Positions 48,845 to 59,939 of a DNA stretch of 64,000 nucleotides are shown piece after piece (the first letter of the stretch is position 1; each line of letters starts with the position of its first letter). Position numbers and translations under genes: made by a program. This DNA comes from Candidatus Gaiellasilicea maunaloa. Its GTDB lineage: Bacteria; Actinomycetota; Thermoleophilia; Gaiellales; Gaiellaceae. The notes beneath the pieces were generated by a model. The model had not been told where the DNA came from, searched no databases, and worked only from the letters and a program-made list of their open reading frames with translations. Location of the stretch: contig JANDLU010000008.1 of NCBI GenBank assembly GCA_024330215.1, positions 1,022 through 65,021 of the forward strand, in the 5' to 3' direction.

Positions 48845-50685
48845 GGCTGACTGCGGCGCAGGCGCTCGTCCGCTTTTTGGCGGCGCAGTATGTGGAGCGT
48901 GACGGTGTCGAGCATCGTTTCTTCGGCGGCTGCTTCGGGATCTTCGGGCACGGCAACGTCGCCGGGATCGGGGAGGCGCTGTACGGGAGCCCGGAGCTCC
49001 TCACCTACTACCAGGGGCGCAGCGAGCAGGGGATGGTGCACGCGGCCTGCGGCTACGCACGGATGCGCAACCGCCTCGGCGTGCTGGCTTGCACGAGCTC
49101 GATCGGGCCGGGCGCGACGAACATGGTCACCGGGGCCGCGCTCGCGACGGTGAACCGGCTGCCGGTGTTGCTGCTGCCGGGTGACGTTTTCGCCTCGCGC
49201 CGTCCCGATCCGGTGCTCCAGCAGCTCGAGGATCCGGCGGCCGGGGACGTCTCGGTCAATGATTGCTTCCGTCCAGTCTCGCGTTACTTCGACCGGATCT
49301 GGCGGCCGGAGCAGCTGATGCCGGCGGCGCTTGGGGCGATGCGTGTCCTCGTCAACCAGGCCGAGACCGGGGCCGTGACGCTTTCGTTCCCGCAGGACGT
49401 GCAGGTCGAGGCGTACGACTATCCGGACGACTTCCTCGCGCGGCGCGTCTGGCACGTGCCGCGGCCGCTGCCGGACGCCGCGGCTCTTGCGCGGGCGATC
49501 GAGCTGATCCGCGCTGCGAAGCGTCCGCTGATCGTCGCGGGCGGCGGCGTCATCTACTCCGAAGCGAGCGAAGCTCTGCGGAGGCTCTGCGAGCAGACAG
49601 GCGTCCCGGTCGGCGAGACGCAGGCCGGCAAGGGGTCGCTGCCCTACGACCACCCCTCGGCGCTCGGCGCAATCGGCGTCACCGGCACGTTCGCGGCGAA
49701 CCGCGTCGCCGCCGAGGCCGACCTCGTGCTCGGGGTCGGCACCCGCTGGAGCGACTTCACGACCGCCTCGAAGACGGCGTTTCCCGAAGGCGCACGCTTC
49801 GTCAACCTCAACATCGCCGACTTCGACGCGGCGAAGCACGGCGGCGCAGCACTCGTCGGCGACGCGCGCGCGACGCTCGAGCGCCTCTCCGAGCTGCTGG
49901 GCGGCTGGACCGTCGCCGCGGCCTACCGCGACCAGGCAGCGAGTCTGAACAAGGAGTGGGACGGGGAGGTCTCGCGCCTCTACGCGCTCGCGCACGAGCC
50001 GCTCCCCGCGCAGAGCGCTGTCCTCGGCGCCGTCAACGACGCCTCGGCCCCGGCCGACGTCGTCGTCTGCGCCGCCGGCGCGATGCCCGGCGACCTGCAC
50101 AAGCTCTGGCGCACGCGCGACCCGAAGGGCTACCACGTCGAGTACGGCTACTCGTGCATGGGCTACGAGATCGCAGGCGGGCTTGGCGTCAAGCTCGCGG
50201 CACCCGAGCGGGAGGTCTACGTCCTGGTCGGCGACGGCTCCTACCTGATGCTCGCGAGCGAGCTCGTCACCTCCGTACAGGAAGGGCTGAAGCTGACGAT
50301 CGTGCTCGTCGACAACCGCGGCTTCAACTCGATCGGCTCGCTCTCGCGCTCGCTCGGCCTCGACGGTTTCGGGACGCTCTACCGCTACCGGCGCGACGGC
50401 TCGCTGGGCGTCGACAGCGAACGCTCGACAGACCATCTTCCCGTCGACCTGGCCGCGAACGCCGAGTCGCTCGGCGCGCGCGTGATCCGGGCCGGGTCGA
50501 TCGACGAGCTCCGTGCCGGGCTCGAGGCGGCGAAGGCCGAATCGCAAACGACCGTGATCGCGATCGAGGTCGACCGCCTCGAGGGCGTGCCCGGTTACGA
50601 GAGCTGGTGGGACGTCCCGGTAGCCGAGGTCTCCGAGTTCGACTCGGTACGCGAGGCGCGGAAGCGCTACGAGGAGGCGCGGTGA
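48841..50685 (+). CDS. iolD: 3D-(3,5/4)-trihydroxycyclohexane-1,2-dione acylhydrolase (TPP enzyme)
   Basis: 'MRLTAAQALVRFLAAQYVERDG' N-terminus and TPP motif 'LVGDGSYLMLASEL'. ATGA overlap with the upstream gene. Confidence 0.8.
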   Translation: MRLTAAQALVRFLAAQYVERDGVEHRFFGGCFGIFGHGNVAGIGEALYGSPELLTYYQGRSEQGMVHAACGYARMRNRLGVLACTSSIGPGATNMVTGAALATVNRLPVLLLPGDVFASRRPDPVLQQLEDPAAGDVSVNDCFRPVSRYFDRIWRPEQLMPAALGAMRVLVNQAETGAVTLSFPQDVQVEAYDYPDDFLARRVWHVPRPLPDAAALARAIELIRAAKRPLIVAGGGVIYSEASEALRRLCEQTGVPVGETQAGKGSLPYDHPSALGAIGVTGTFAANRVAAEADLVLGVGTRWSDFTTASKTAFPEGARFVNLNIADFDAAKHGGAALVGDARATLERLSELLGGWTVAAAYRDQAASLNKEWDGEVSRLYALAHEPLPAQSAVLGAVNDASAPADVVVCAAGAMPGDLHKLWRTRDPKGYHVEYGYSCMGYEIAGGLGVKLAAPEREVYVLVGDGSYLMLASELVTSVQEGLKLTIVLVDNRGFNSIGSLSRSLGLDGFGTLYRYRRDGSLGVDSERSTDHLPVDLAANAESLGARVIRAGSIDELRAGLEAAKAESQTTVIAIEVDRLEGVPGYESWWDVPVAEVSEFDSVREARKRYEEAR

Positions 50686-51566
50686 TCGACGCCGTGGTCA
50701 TGGGCCGGGTCGGGATCGACCTCTACCCGAACGAGCTCGAGACGCCACTCGCCGAGGTCGGGACGTACACGCGCTTCGTCGGCGGCTTCGCCGGCAACGT
50801 TGCCACCGGGCTCGCGCGGCTCGGCGTCCGGACGGCGATCGTCTCGCGCGTGGGCGCCGAGGGCCACGGCGACTTCGTACGTTCCTGGCTGACCGGTGAG
50901 GGGATCGACGTGCGCTTCCTGGCCACCGACCCGTACTGGCCGACGCCGCCCACCTTCTGCGAGGTCTGGCCGCCGGATCGCTTCCCGCTCACCTTCTACC
51001 GCCGTCCCACGGCGCCCGACTGGCAGCTCTCGCCCGGCGACTTCGACGCGGAGGAGGTCGCCAAAGCACGGCTCCTCTACGCGACCGGCACCGGGCTCGC
51101 GCAGTCCCCGAGCCGCGAGACGACCCTCGCCGCGGTTCGTGCCCATCGCGGCACGACGATCTTCGACCTCGACTGGCGCGAGACGCTCTGGGACGTCCCG
51201 CACGAATACCCCGCGCTCGCAGCTGAGGCGGCCGCCGCCGCCGACGTCGTGATCGGCAACGAGGAGGAGGTCGAGACCTCTGGCGTGACCGATGTACCGA
51301 CGCTCGTCCTGAAGCGCGGCGAGCGCGGCGCCACCGTGTACGACCGCGGCGAGGAGACCGACGTGCCCGGCATCCCGGTCGAGGTGGTGAACGGCCTCGG
51401 CGCCGGCGACGCCTTCGCTGCCGCGCTCGGCCACAGCCTGCTCCAGGGGCTCCCGCTCGCCGAGGCCGCGCGCCGCGGCACCATCGCAGGCGCGATCGTC
51501 GCGTCTCGCCTCGCCTGCTCGGAGGCGATGCCGAGGCTCGTCGAGATCGAGGCGGTGCTGGCATGA
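50682..51566 (+). CDS. iolC: 5-dehydro-2-deoxygluconokinase (PfkB family)
   Basis: 'GRVGIDLYP', 'FVGGFAGNVA' and PfkB signature 'GLGAGDAFAAAL'. GTGA overlap with iolD. Confidence 0.75.
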   Translation: MIDAVVMGRVGIDLYPNELETPLAEVGTYTRFVGGFAGNVATGLARLGVRTAIVSRVGAEGHGDFVRSWLTGEGIDVRFLATDPYWPTPPTFCEVWPPDRFPLTFYRRPTAPDWQLSPGDFDAEEVAKARLLYATGTGLAQSPSRETTLAAVRAHRGTTIFDLDWRETLWDVPHEYPALAAEAAAAADVVIGNEEEVETSGVTDVPTLVLKRGERGATVYDRGEETDVPGIPVEVVNGLGAGDAFAAALGHSLLQGLPLAEAARRGTIAGAIVASRLACSEAMPRLVEIEAVLA

Positions 51567-52384
51567 GCGAGCTGTTGCTTCGCGCCGGCGAGTGGCAGCA
51601 GGTGACCCCGGAGTCAGCGGGGTGGCAGCACCTGTACTTCGGCGTTCGCTCCGGCGCCTTCGCGTCCGAGACGGGAGCCGTCGAGATCGCGCTCGTCCCA
51701 CTCTCCGGCCGCTGCCGCGTCGAGGCGGAGGGCCAGTCGTGGGAGCTCGGCGGCCGCGAGCACGTCTTCGCCGGCATGCCCTGGGCGCTCTACCTCCCGC
51801 GTGACACGGCGTACCGCGTCGAGGGCGACGCCGAGATCGCGATCTCCGGCGCCCGCTGCGAGACGCGGCGCGAGCCGGTGCTCGTCCGCCCAGAAGACGT
51901 CGAGATCGAGGTGCGCGGCGCCGGCAACGCCACGCGCCAGATCAACCACATCCTGAAGCCGGATTTCCCCGCCGAGCGCCTGCTCGTGGTCGAGGTCTTC
52001 ACGCCCTCCGGCAACTGGTCGAGCTATCCGCCGCACAAGCACGACGAGCACCGGCCGCCCGGCGAGGTCGTGCTTGAGGAGACCTACTACTTCCGCACCG
52101 CCAAGCCGGAGGCGTTCGCCGTCCAGCGCCTCTACAGCCCCCGCCACGGGCTCGACCTGACCGAGACCGTCCGCGACGGCGACCTAATGCTCGTTCCGTA
52201 CGGCTACCACACGACCGCCGCCGCGCACGGCTACGACCTCTACTACCTGAACGCGCTCGCCGGCGACACACGCTCGATGGCCTCCGCCGACGACCCCGAG
52301 CTGGCCTGGATCCGCGCCGGCTGGGAGGGGACGGAGGCCGACCCGCGCGTTCCGCTGGTCACGCATGAGGGGCACCGGCGATGA
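51563..52384 (+). CDS. iolB: 5-deoxy-glucuronate isomerase
   Basis: Cupin-type protein with 'GNWSSYPPHKHDE' and 'EETYYF', characteristic of IolB. Confidence 0.8.
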   Translation: MSELLLRAGEWQQVTPESAGWQHLYFGVRSGAFASETGAVEIALVPLSGRCRVEAEGQSWELGGREHVFAGMPWALYLPRDTAYRVEGDAEIAISGARCETRREPVLVRPEDVEIEVRGAGNATRQINHILKPDFPAERLLVVEVFTPSGNWSSYPPHKHDEHRPPGEVVLEETYYFRTAKPEAFAVQRLYSPRHGLDLTETVRDGDLMLVPYGYHTTAAAHGYDLYYLNALAGDTRSMASADDPELAWIRAGWEGTEADPRVPLVTHEGHRR

Positions 52385-53292
52385 GTACGATCAGGGTCGC
52401 AAATGCGCCGTGCAGCTACGGCGCCTTCGAGATCACGATCGGCGTCGTCCCGAACGTGCCCGCCCCCGGTGCTGTCCTGGCTGCGATCGCCGCTGCCGGG
52501 TACGAGGGAACGGAGCTCGGGCCGCCCGGCTACCTCGGGTCGATCTCGACGCTCGGAGCGGAGCTGGACCGAGCCGGCCTCGAGCTAGCCGGAGGCTTCA
52601 TTCCGGTGCGGTTCAGCGAGACGGAGCACTGGGACGAGGACCTGCGCGCTCTGGAGGCCACGCTCGAGCTCTTCCGCGCCGCGGGCGGGACGACCGCACG
52701 CGCCGTGCTCGCCGACGCCGGCTCGCGCGCGCGGATCGAGAACCCAGGTCGCGCTGCGCACGACCGGAGCATCGGCCTGGACTCCGCCGGCTGGGAGCGG
52801 CTCGCGCAGGGTGTCGCTCGCGCCGCGGAGGTCGTGCGCAGGCGGGGATTCGAGCCGACCTTTCACCATCATGCAGGGACGTGCGTCGAGGCACCGTGGG
52901 AGGTCGAGCGCCTGCTCGAGCTGACCGACGTCGGCCTGCTCCTCGACACCGGCCATCTACTCCTCGGCGGTGGGGATCCGGTTCGAGCGTTCCGCGACTG
53001 GCGCGACCGCATCAATCATCTCCACGTCAAGGACGTGCGGCTGGCGGTTCTCCGTGACGCCGTCGCCGCCGGCGCCGACATGTCCGAGTGCTGGCGCGGG
53101 GGTGTCTTCTGCGAGCTCGGCACGGGCGACGTCGACCTCGAAGGCTTCTTCGCCGAGCTGGCGACACTCGACTTCGACGGCTGGATCGTCGTCGAGCAGG
53201 ACTGGGTGCCGCGACCTGGCGACGACATCGGAATTCCGGCCGCGGCGCAGGTTCGCAACCGCAGTTGGCTGGAGCGACATGCCGGATACTGA
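52381..53292 (+). CDS. sugar phosphate isomerase/epimerase (xylose-isomerase-like TIM barrel), probable inosose dehydratase
   Basis: TIM-barrel-like 'GYEGTELGPPGYLG', 'FHHHAGT', 'HLHVKDV'. iol cluster context suggests IolE. Confidence 0.55.
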   Translation: MSTIRVANAPCSYGAFEITIGVVPNVPAPGAVLAAIAAAGYEGTELGPPGYLGSISTLGAELDRAGLELAGGFIPVRFSETEHWDEDLRALEATLELFRAAGGTTARAVLADAGSRARIENPGRAAHDRSIGLDSAGWERLAQGVARAAEVVRRRGFEPTFHHHAGTCVEAPWEVERLLELTDVGLLLDTGHLLLGGGDPVRAFRDWRDRINHLHVKDVRLAVLRDAVAAGADMSECWRGGVFCELGTGDVDLEGFFAELATLDFDGWIVVEQDWVPRPGDDIGIPAAAQVRNRSWLERHAGY

Positions 53293-54129
53293 GCTGTCGC
53301 TCGCGCCGCTGACGAGCGGCGCCGGTGTCTACCGCATTCTCGCGCTCGACCACCGTGACGCTTTCCGCAACGCGTTCCGACGCGCCGGGGTCCCCGACGT
53401 GAGCGACGAGCAGATGCTCGAGGCGAAGGTGCGGATCGTGCGCGCTCTCGCACCGCTGGCGACCGCGGTGCTGCTCGATCCGGCGGCAGTCCCACACTGT
53501 GGCCGCGAGGGAGCGGGCCTGCTCGTGCCGCTCGAGGAGCAAGGCCACAAGAAGGAGGTGGGCGGACGGCTCAACCGGCTGGTCTCGGGCGGCGCGGCAC
53601 GAGCGGCCGACCTGGGCGCCCATGCCTGCAAGCTCCTCCTCTACTACCGGGCCGACCACGTCGCGACGGCGGACCGGCAGCTGGAGCTCGTCGCCCGCGC
53701 GGCGGACGCCAGCCACCGGCACGGGCTGCCGCTCGTGCTCGAACCGCTCGTCTACCCGCTCGAGGGGGAGTCCACGGAGCGTTACCGGGAGAGTTACGGC
53801 GACCTCGTCGTCGCGGGAGCTGAGCGCCTCGCCTACTCCGGCGCCGATCTCCTCAAGCTTCAGTTTCCGGGGGCGGAGAGCTGCTCGCTGCTCGCGGCCG
53901 CGTCCTCGCCGCTCTCCTGGACGCTTCTTGGCGGCAGCGACGTGGACGGCGCGACGTTCGCCGGGCAACTCGAGGTCGCCGCCCGGGCCGGTGCCGTCGG
54001 GTTCATCGCCGGCCGGGCAATCTGGAGCGGCGCGCTGGGCCTCCCGGCTCCCGAGCAGGAAGCCTGGCTCGAGCAGGAGGCGGCGCCCCTGTTCGCCCGG
54101 CTCTGCGAGATCGCCGACGGGGCCTTGCG

Positions 54130-54133
<4 letters not shown>
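53279..54133 (+). CDS. class I aldolase-like protein (DUF2090/LacD-like), probable 5-dehydro-2-deoxyphosphogluconate aldolase
   Basis: ATG at 53279. 'ILALDHRDAFRNAF' and 'CKLLLYY' resemble tagatose-bisphosphate/DUF2090 aldolases. The function is inferred from iol context. Confidence 0.5.
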
Positions 54134-55623
<1,490 letters not shown>

Positions 55624-56064
55624 AAATCTCGTTGGAGGGGGTCTGGGCGAGGCACCCCGAAGATGTCGCCGGCGAGTGTCGGCCTGAGTAGGTCAGCCGG
55701 CCCCGGCAGGTCGTTGACCGCGGCGTAGAGCAGGAGCCCGGCAGGACGGTCACGAGCAGCTGCCGCGTTCGCGGAGCCATCGGCACGCGCCGCGCCACGA
55801 TCATGTCGGCGACCAGCGGACCGAAGACAACGAGCGAGAACCTCTGAGCGAGTGCCGCGGTCTCGACGCCATCGCCCGCACGGAGAGGCGCGACCGCCGC
55901 CGCCGTTGCTGTTGTGGCGAACGAGAGGCAGATGACTCCGACGGTGGCGGCGTCATCGACCGCATCCGCGAGGTCAACGCCGCCGCGGCCCGCGGCGATA
56001 GGGCGATGGTCGCGCACGAGCTCGCGTTCAACTGCGGCGGCTATGGCTTCCGCGGAGGCAGGCT

Positions 56065-56628
56065 GTGAACGACGGCGACGTGCAGTTCGAGCGCCTCGTC
56101 GGCACGATCGCGCCGAAGCTCCTCGGTTATGCGACGCGACGGGTGGCGACGCCGGCCGATGCGGCCGACGTCGTCGCCGAGGTGTTGCTCGTCGCCTGGC
56201 GGCGCTTCGGAGCGATGCCCGCCGGCGAGGAGGAGCGCGTGCGCTGGCTCTACGGCGTCGCCCGGCGGGTGCTGGCCAACCATCGCCGCGGACGCCTCCG
56301 TCAGAGCGCTCTCACCTCGACGCTCCGCCTCCATCTCGAGCAGGTCGCTCCTGCGCCGGCGACGGTCGAAGCTCTCCACGTGCGGGCGGCGCTCGGTCGT
56401 CTACGCGCCGACGACCGCGAGCTCCTCTGCCTGATCGCCTGGGAGGGTCTGGCGCCGGCCGAAGCCGCGGGCGTCCTCGGCATCTCCCCGACGCGCGCAC
56501 GCAAACGGCTTCAGCGGGCGCGAGAGCGGCTCCGCGCCGAGCTCGCCGACGGCGAGCCACTCACGCACGCCGAGCCGGTCTCGTTCGGCCGTCTTACCGA
56601 ACAGCGAGCGAGCGGCGTCGACGGGTAG
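56065..56628 (+). CDS. ECF-type RNA polymerase sigma factor
   Basis: Region 2 'AADVVAEVLLVAWRRF' and region 4 'LIAWEGLAPAEAAGVLGISPTRARKRLQRARERL'. Confidence 0.8.
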   Translation: MNDGDVQFERLVGTIAPKLLGYATRRVATPADAADVVAEVLLVAWRRFGAMPAGEEERVRWLYGVARRVLANHRRGRLRQSALTSTLRLHLEQVAPAPATVEALHVRAALGRLRADDRELLCLIAWEGLAPAEAAGVLGISPTRARKRLQRARERLRAELADGEPLTHAEPVSFGRLTEQRASGVDG

Positions 56629-56711
56629 CCGTCGTTGTCGCGAAACAACGTTGTCACAGGGGACGGACCTATCTCGTCAAGAGGGGGTGATCGAACGAGA
56701 GAGGAGCCATC

Positions 56712-57656
56712 TTGAAGATCTTCGTCGCGGGAGCTACCGGGGCGCTGGGCAGGCCGCTCGTGCAGCAGCTCACCGGGCGCGGCCACGAGGTCGTGGGGAT
56801 GACGCGGAGCGAGTCGAAGCAGGATCTGCTCCGGGACCTGGGAGCGCGGCCGGTCGTGGCCGATGCGCTCGACCCGGACGCGCTGGCCCGCGCGGTCGCG
56901 GAGGCGGATCCTGACGTGATCGTCCACCAGCTCACCGCGATCGGGGCGTTCAACCCGCGCCGCATGGACCGTGACTTCGCGGCCACGAACCGGCTGCGGA
57001 CTGAGGGAACCGATCATCTGCTCGCCGCCGGGCGCGCGGTGGGCATCGAGCGTTTCGTCGCCCAGAGCTTCGCGCCCTGGGTGTTCGCGCGTACCGGAGG
57101 CCCTGTCAAGTCGGAGGACGACCTCCTGGACACGGACCCTCCCGCGCAGGTGCGCACCACGCTCGAGGCGATCAAGTACCTCGAGCAGGCCGTGACCGGA
57201 GCCGCGTGGACCGAGGGGATCGCGCTTCGCTACGGCGGCTTCTACGGCCCCGGGACGTCACTCGGCCTCGATCCGCTCGGCGAGCAGGTGGAGATGGTTC
57301 GCGCGCGCAAGTTCCCGCTCGCCGGGAAGGGGACCGGCGTCTTCTCGTTCATCCACATCGAGGACGCGGCGGCGGCGACGGTGGAGGCGATCGAGCACGG
57401 CAGGCGCGGTGTCTACAACGTCGTGGACGACGAGCCGGCTCCGATCTCCGCTTGGCTGCCCGAGCTGGCGAAGGCGCTGGGCGCCAAGCCGCCCCGCCGG
57501 GTGCCGCTCTGGCTCGCCCGGCTCGCCGGCGGCGAGGTCGCGGCGATCATGATGACCGAGTTGCGTGGCGCATCGAACACCAAGGCGAAGCGCGAGCTTG
57601 GCTGGAAGCTGCGTTACCCGAGCTGGCGCGAGGGCTTCGCGCGGGGCCTCCGCTGA
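56712..57656 (+). CDS. NAD-dependent epimerase/dehydratase (SDR family)
   Basis: 'MKIFVAGATGALGRPLVQQL' Rossmann motif. Confidence 0.8.
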   Translation: MKIFVAGATGALGRPLVQQLTGRGHEVVGMTRSESKQDLLRDLGARPVVADALDPDALARAVAEADPDVIVHQLTAIGAFNPRRMDRDFAATNRLRTEGTDHLLAAGRAVGIERFVAQSFAPWVFARTGGPVKSEDDLLDTDPPAQVRTTLEAIKYLEQAVTGAAWTEGIALRYGGFYGPGTSLGLDPLGEQVEMVRARKFPLAGKGTGVFSFIHIEDAAAATVEAIEHGRRGVYNVVDDEPAPISAWLPELAKALGAKPPRRVPLWLARLAGGEVAAIMMTELRGASNTKAKRELGWKLRYPSWREGFARGLR

Positions 57657-57660
57657 GCTG

Positions 57661-58596
57661 ATGGCGAGCACCGACCTGCTCGAGACGCTGCGGCCTCCGG
57701 CCTTCGCGATCGCCTACCGGATGCTCGGCAGCGTCAGCGAGGCCGAGGACGTGGTCCAGGAGGGCCTCCTGCGACTACACGGCACGCTCGAGTCGGGTGA
57801 GCGAGTCGAGTCGCCTCGGGCGTACGTCGCGACCGTGGTGACCCGGCTCGCGATCGATCAGCTGCGCTCCGCGCGGGTTCGGCGCGAGACCTACCCGGGT
57901 GAGTGGCTCCCTGAGCCGCTCATCGCGGCCGGCGAGGGCGACCCGGCTTGGGAGGCCGAGCTCGCCGACTCGCTCTCGTTCGCCTTTCTCGTGGTGCTCG
58001 AGAGCCTCTCGCCCGAGCAGCGCGCCGCCTTCCTGCTGCGGGAGGTGTTCGACTACCCCTACGACCGCATCGCCGAGATCGTCGGTAAGAGCGAGGACAA
58101 CGTGCGCCAGCTGACGGCGCGAGCGCGCCGCCACGTCGAGGATCGGCGGCCGCGCTACGAGTCCTCGCCCGCGCAACGAGACGAGCTGGCCGAGCGCTTC
58201 TTCGCCGCCGCCCGCGAAGGCGACTTGAACGAGCTCGAGGCGTTGCTGGCCGAGGACGTCGTCCTGCACGGCGACGGCGGCGGCAAGGCCCCCGCGCTCG
58301 CGCGGCCGCTCCGAGGCAAGAGGCGCGTCGCGAAGACGCTCGTCGCGTGGGGGCGCACCGGCGCCCGTGCCGGTGGCGTCGAGTTCCGGCTGGTCGAGGT
58401 CAACGGCCAGCCCGGCGCGATCGCGCTCGATGCCCAGGAGCAGGTCATCAGCGTGCTGGTGCTCGACATCGCCCGCGGGCGCATCCAGGCGATCCACTCG
58501 GTCGTCAACCCCGACAAGCTGCGCCACCTGGGCACCCCGGCCGACCTGCATGCGTTTCTCCGCAGAAGCCAGGAGCCGGGACTGGTTGACGACTAG
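57661..58596 (+). CDS. ECF sigma factor with a long C-terminal extension (ECF41/SigJ-like)
   Basis: Region 2 'AFAIAYRMLGSVSEAEDVVQEGLLRL' and region 4 'REVFDYPYDRIAEIVGKSEDNVRQLTARARRHV', followed by a ~150-aa SnoaL-like extension. ATG at 57661. Confidence 0.75.
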   Translation: MASTDLLETLRPPAFAIAYRMLGSVSEAEDVVQEGLLRLHGTLESGERVESPRAYVATVVTRLAIDQLRSARVRRETYPGEWLPEPLIAAGEGDPAWEAELADSLSFAFLVVLESLSPEQRAAFLLREVFDYPYDRIAEIVGKSEDNVRQLTARARRHVEDRRPRYESSPAQRDELAERFFAAAREGDLNELEALLAEDVVLHGDGGGKAPALARPLRGKRRVAKTLVAWGRTGARAGGVEFRLVEVNGQPGAIALDAQEQVISVLVLDIARGRIQAIHSVVNPDKLRHLGTPADLHAFLRRSQEPGLVDD

Positions 58597-58884
58597 TAGA
58601 GGTTGATGGGATTAGTGCGCTTCGCTGGCTTCGCTCGTGGACGGAGTCGACTTCTAGCGCCGGGTGGTGGTAGAACCGCACGCTTGACCGGCCGATGACA
58701 CGCCGGAGGTCAAGGGACGACCCCATCCAACGTTGCGTCGGATCCGGCTAGAACGTCACGATCCGGTCGGGCTCGTCGCCAACCACCAGCTCCGCGCGCG
58801 CCCCGGTTTGATCGTTTGCTGCCCGAGCGCTCGCTCGCATTCTCAGGAATGACAACAAATAGGTTGATTTACAGGGGTATTGTA

Positions 58885-58928
58885 CGGGAGCGACGGGACT
58901 CGAACCCGCGACCTCCGGCGTGACAGGC
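58885..58928 (-). pseudogene. tRNA-Asp(GUC) 3'-half fragment (anticodon loop to discriminator base). Not an intact tRNA.
   Basis: The minus strand reads GCCTGTCAC GCCGG AGGTC GCGGG TTCGAGT CCCGT CGCTCCC G. That gives anticodon loop CUGUCAC, a variable loop, a canonical T-arm, the acceptor 3' strand and the discriminator. The 5' partner strands are missing or mismatched. Confidence 0.6.
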
Positions 58929-59216
58929 TTGTTTCAAGGAGACGACGATTGGCGACGATTGACGCGCTACCGCTCTATTCATGCGCCTCTGGGGGCCGCT
59001 GGCATATGAATTGTGCACGATTGCGCAGGCTCGATTTCGAGCGTTTGCTGCCCTTCTGCTGCCCGAGCTTCGAAGGGGGCGGGCGGGTCCGGGTCGACGA
59101 CGCCGACCCTCATCCGAGCTCGCTTTGGATGATCTGGCCGGCATTGGCTCGAGTACGACCATGGCGGCTTCGGCGCCGGGACGCTCAGCCTCCTCGGCAG
59201 TAAGCTGAAACGGCAG

Positions 59217-59939
59217 ATGACCGCGCCCACTGAGCGAACGGGAGCTGCGCTCCAGCTGTTCGCGCCAGTCGCCGGGACGTACGACCGTTACGCCCGGCTC
59301 CTGTCCTTCGCCCAGGATGGGCGCTGGCGCTCGTTCCTCGTCTCGCGTATCGCGGCCGCGCCAGGTGACAGAATCCTCGACGTCGCGTGCGGAACGGCCG
59401 CTGTCGCGCTCGAGCTCGTCGGCCGCTTCGGCTGCTCGGTCGTCGGAGTCGATCAGAGTTCCGCGATGCTCGCAGAAGCGCAGCGGCGCGTCGCGCGCGC
59501 CGGCGAAAGCGCGCGCGTCGATCTCCGAGAGGCGCGTGCTGAAGAGCTCCCCTTCGAGAATGGAAGCTTCGACGGGGTCACGTTTACCTATCTGCTTCGG
59601 TACGTCGACGATCCTGCGGCGACGCTTCGGGAGCTCGCACGGGTCGTCCGGCCGGGGGGCCGGATCGCCTCCCTCGAGTTCTTCGTCCCTGACCGCCGCA
59701 CCGTGAACGCCCTCTGGAGTGGGTACGTCCGAGCAGGTCTGCCGCTCCTCGGGCGAGCCATCTCGCCTGGCTGGCACGAGGTCGGCCGCTTCCTCGGCCC
59801 GAGCATCCAGGCGTTCTGGCGGCTGTATCCACTCGAGGAGCTCCTCGCGCTCTGGCGTGCGGCAGGAGTCGAGAGCGTCGAGGCGCGGCCGCTTAGTCTC
59901 GGCGGGGCAATCGTGATCTGGGGCGAGCGTGGCGACTGA
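59217..59939 (+). CDS. class I SAM-dependent methyltransferase (UbiE/MenG-like)
   Basis: 'YDRYARLLSFAQDGRWR' and SAM motif 'ILDVACGTAAVALEL'. Confidence 0.75.
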   Translation: MTAPTERTGAALQLFAPVAGTYDRYARLLSFAQDGRWRSFLVSRIAAAPGDRILDVACGTAAVALELVGRFGCSVVGVDQSSAMLAEAQRRVARAGESARVDLREARAEELPFENGSFDGVTFTYLLRYVDDPAATLRELARVVRPGGRIASLEFFVPDRRTVNALWSGYVRAGLPLLGRAISPGWHEVGRFLGPSIQAFWRLYPLEELLALWRAAGVESVEARPLSLGGAIVIWGERGD

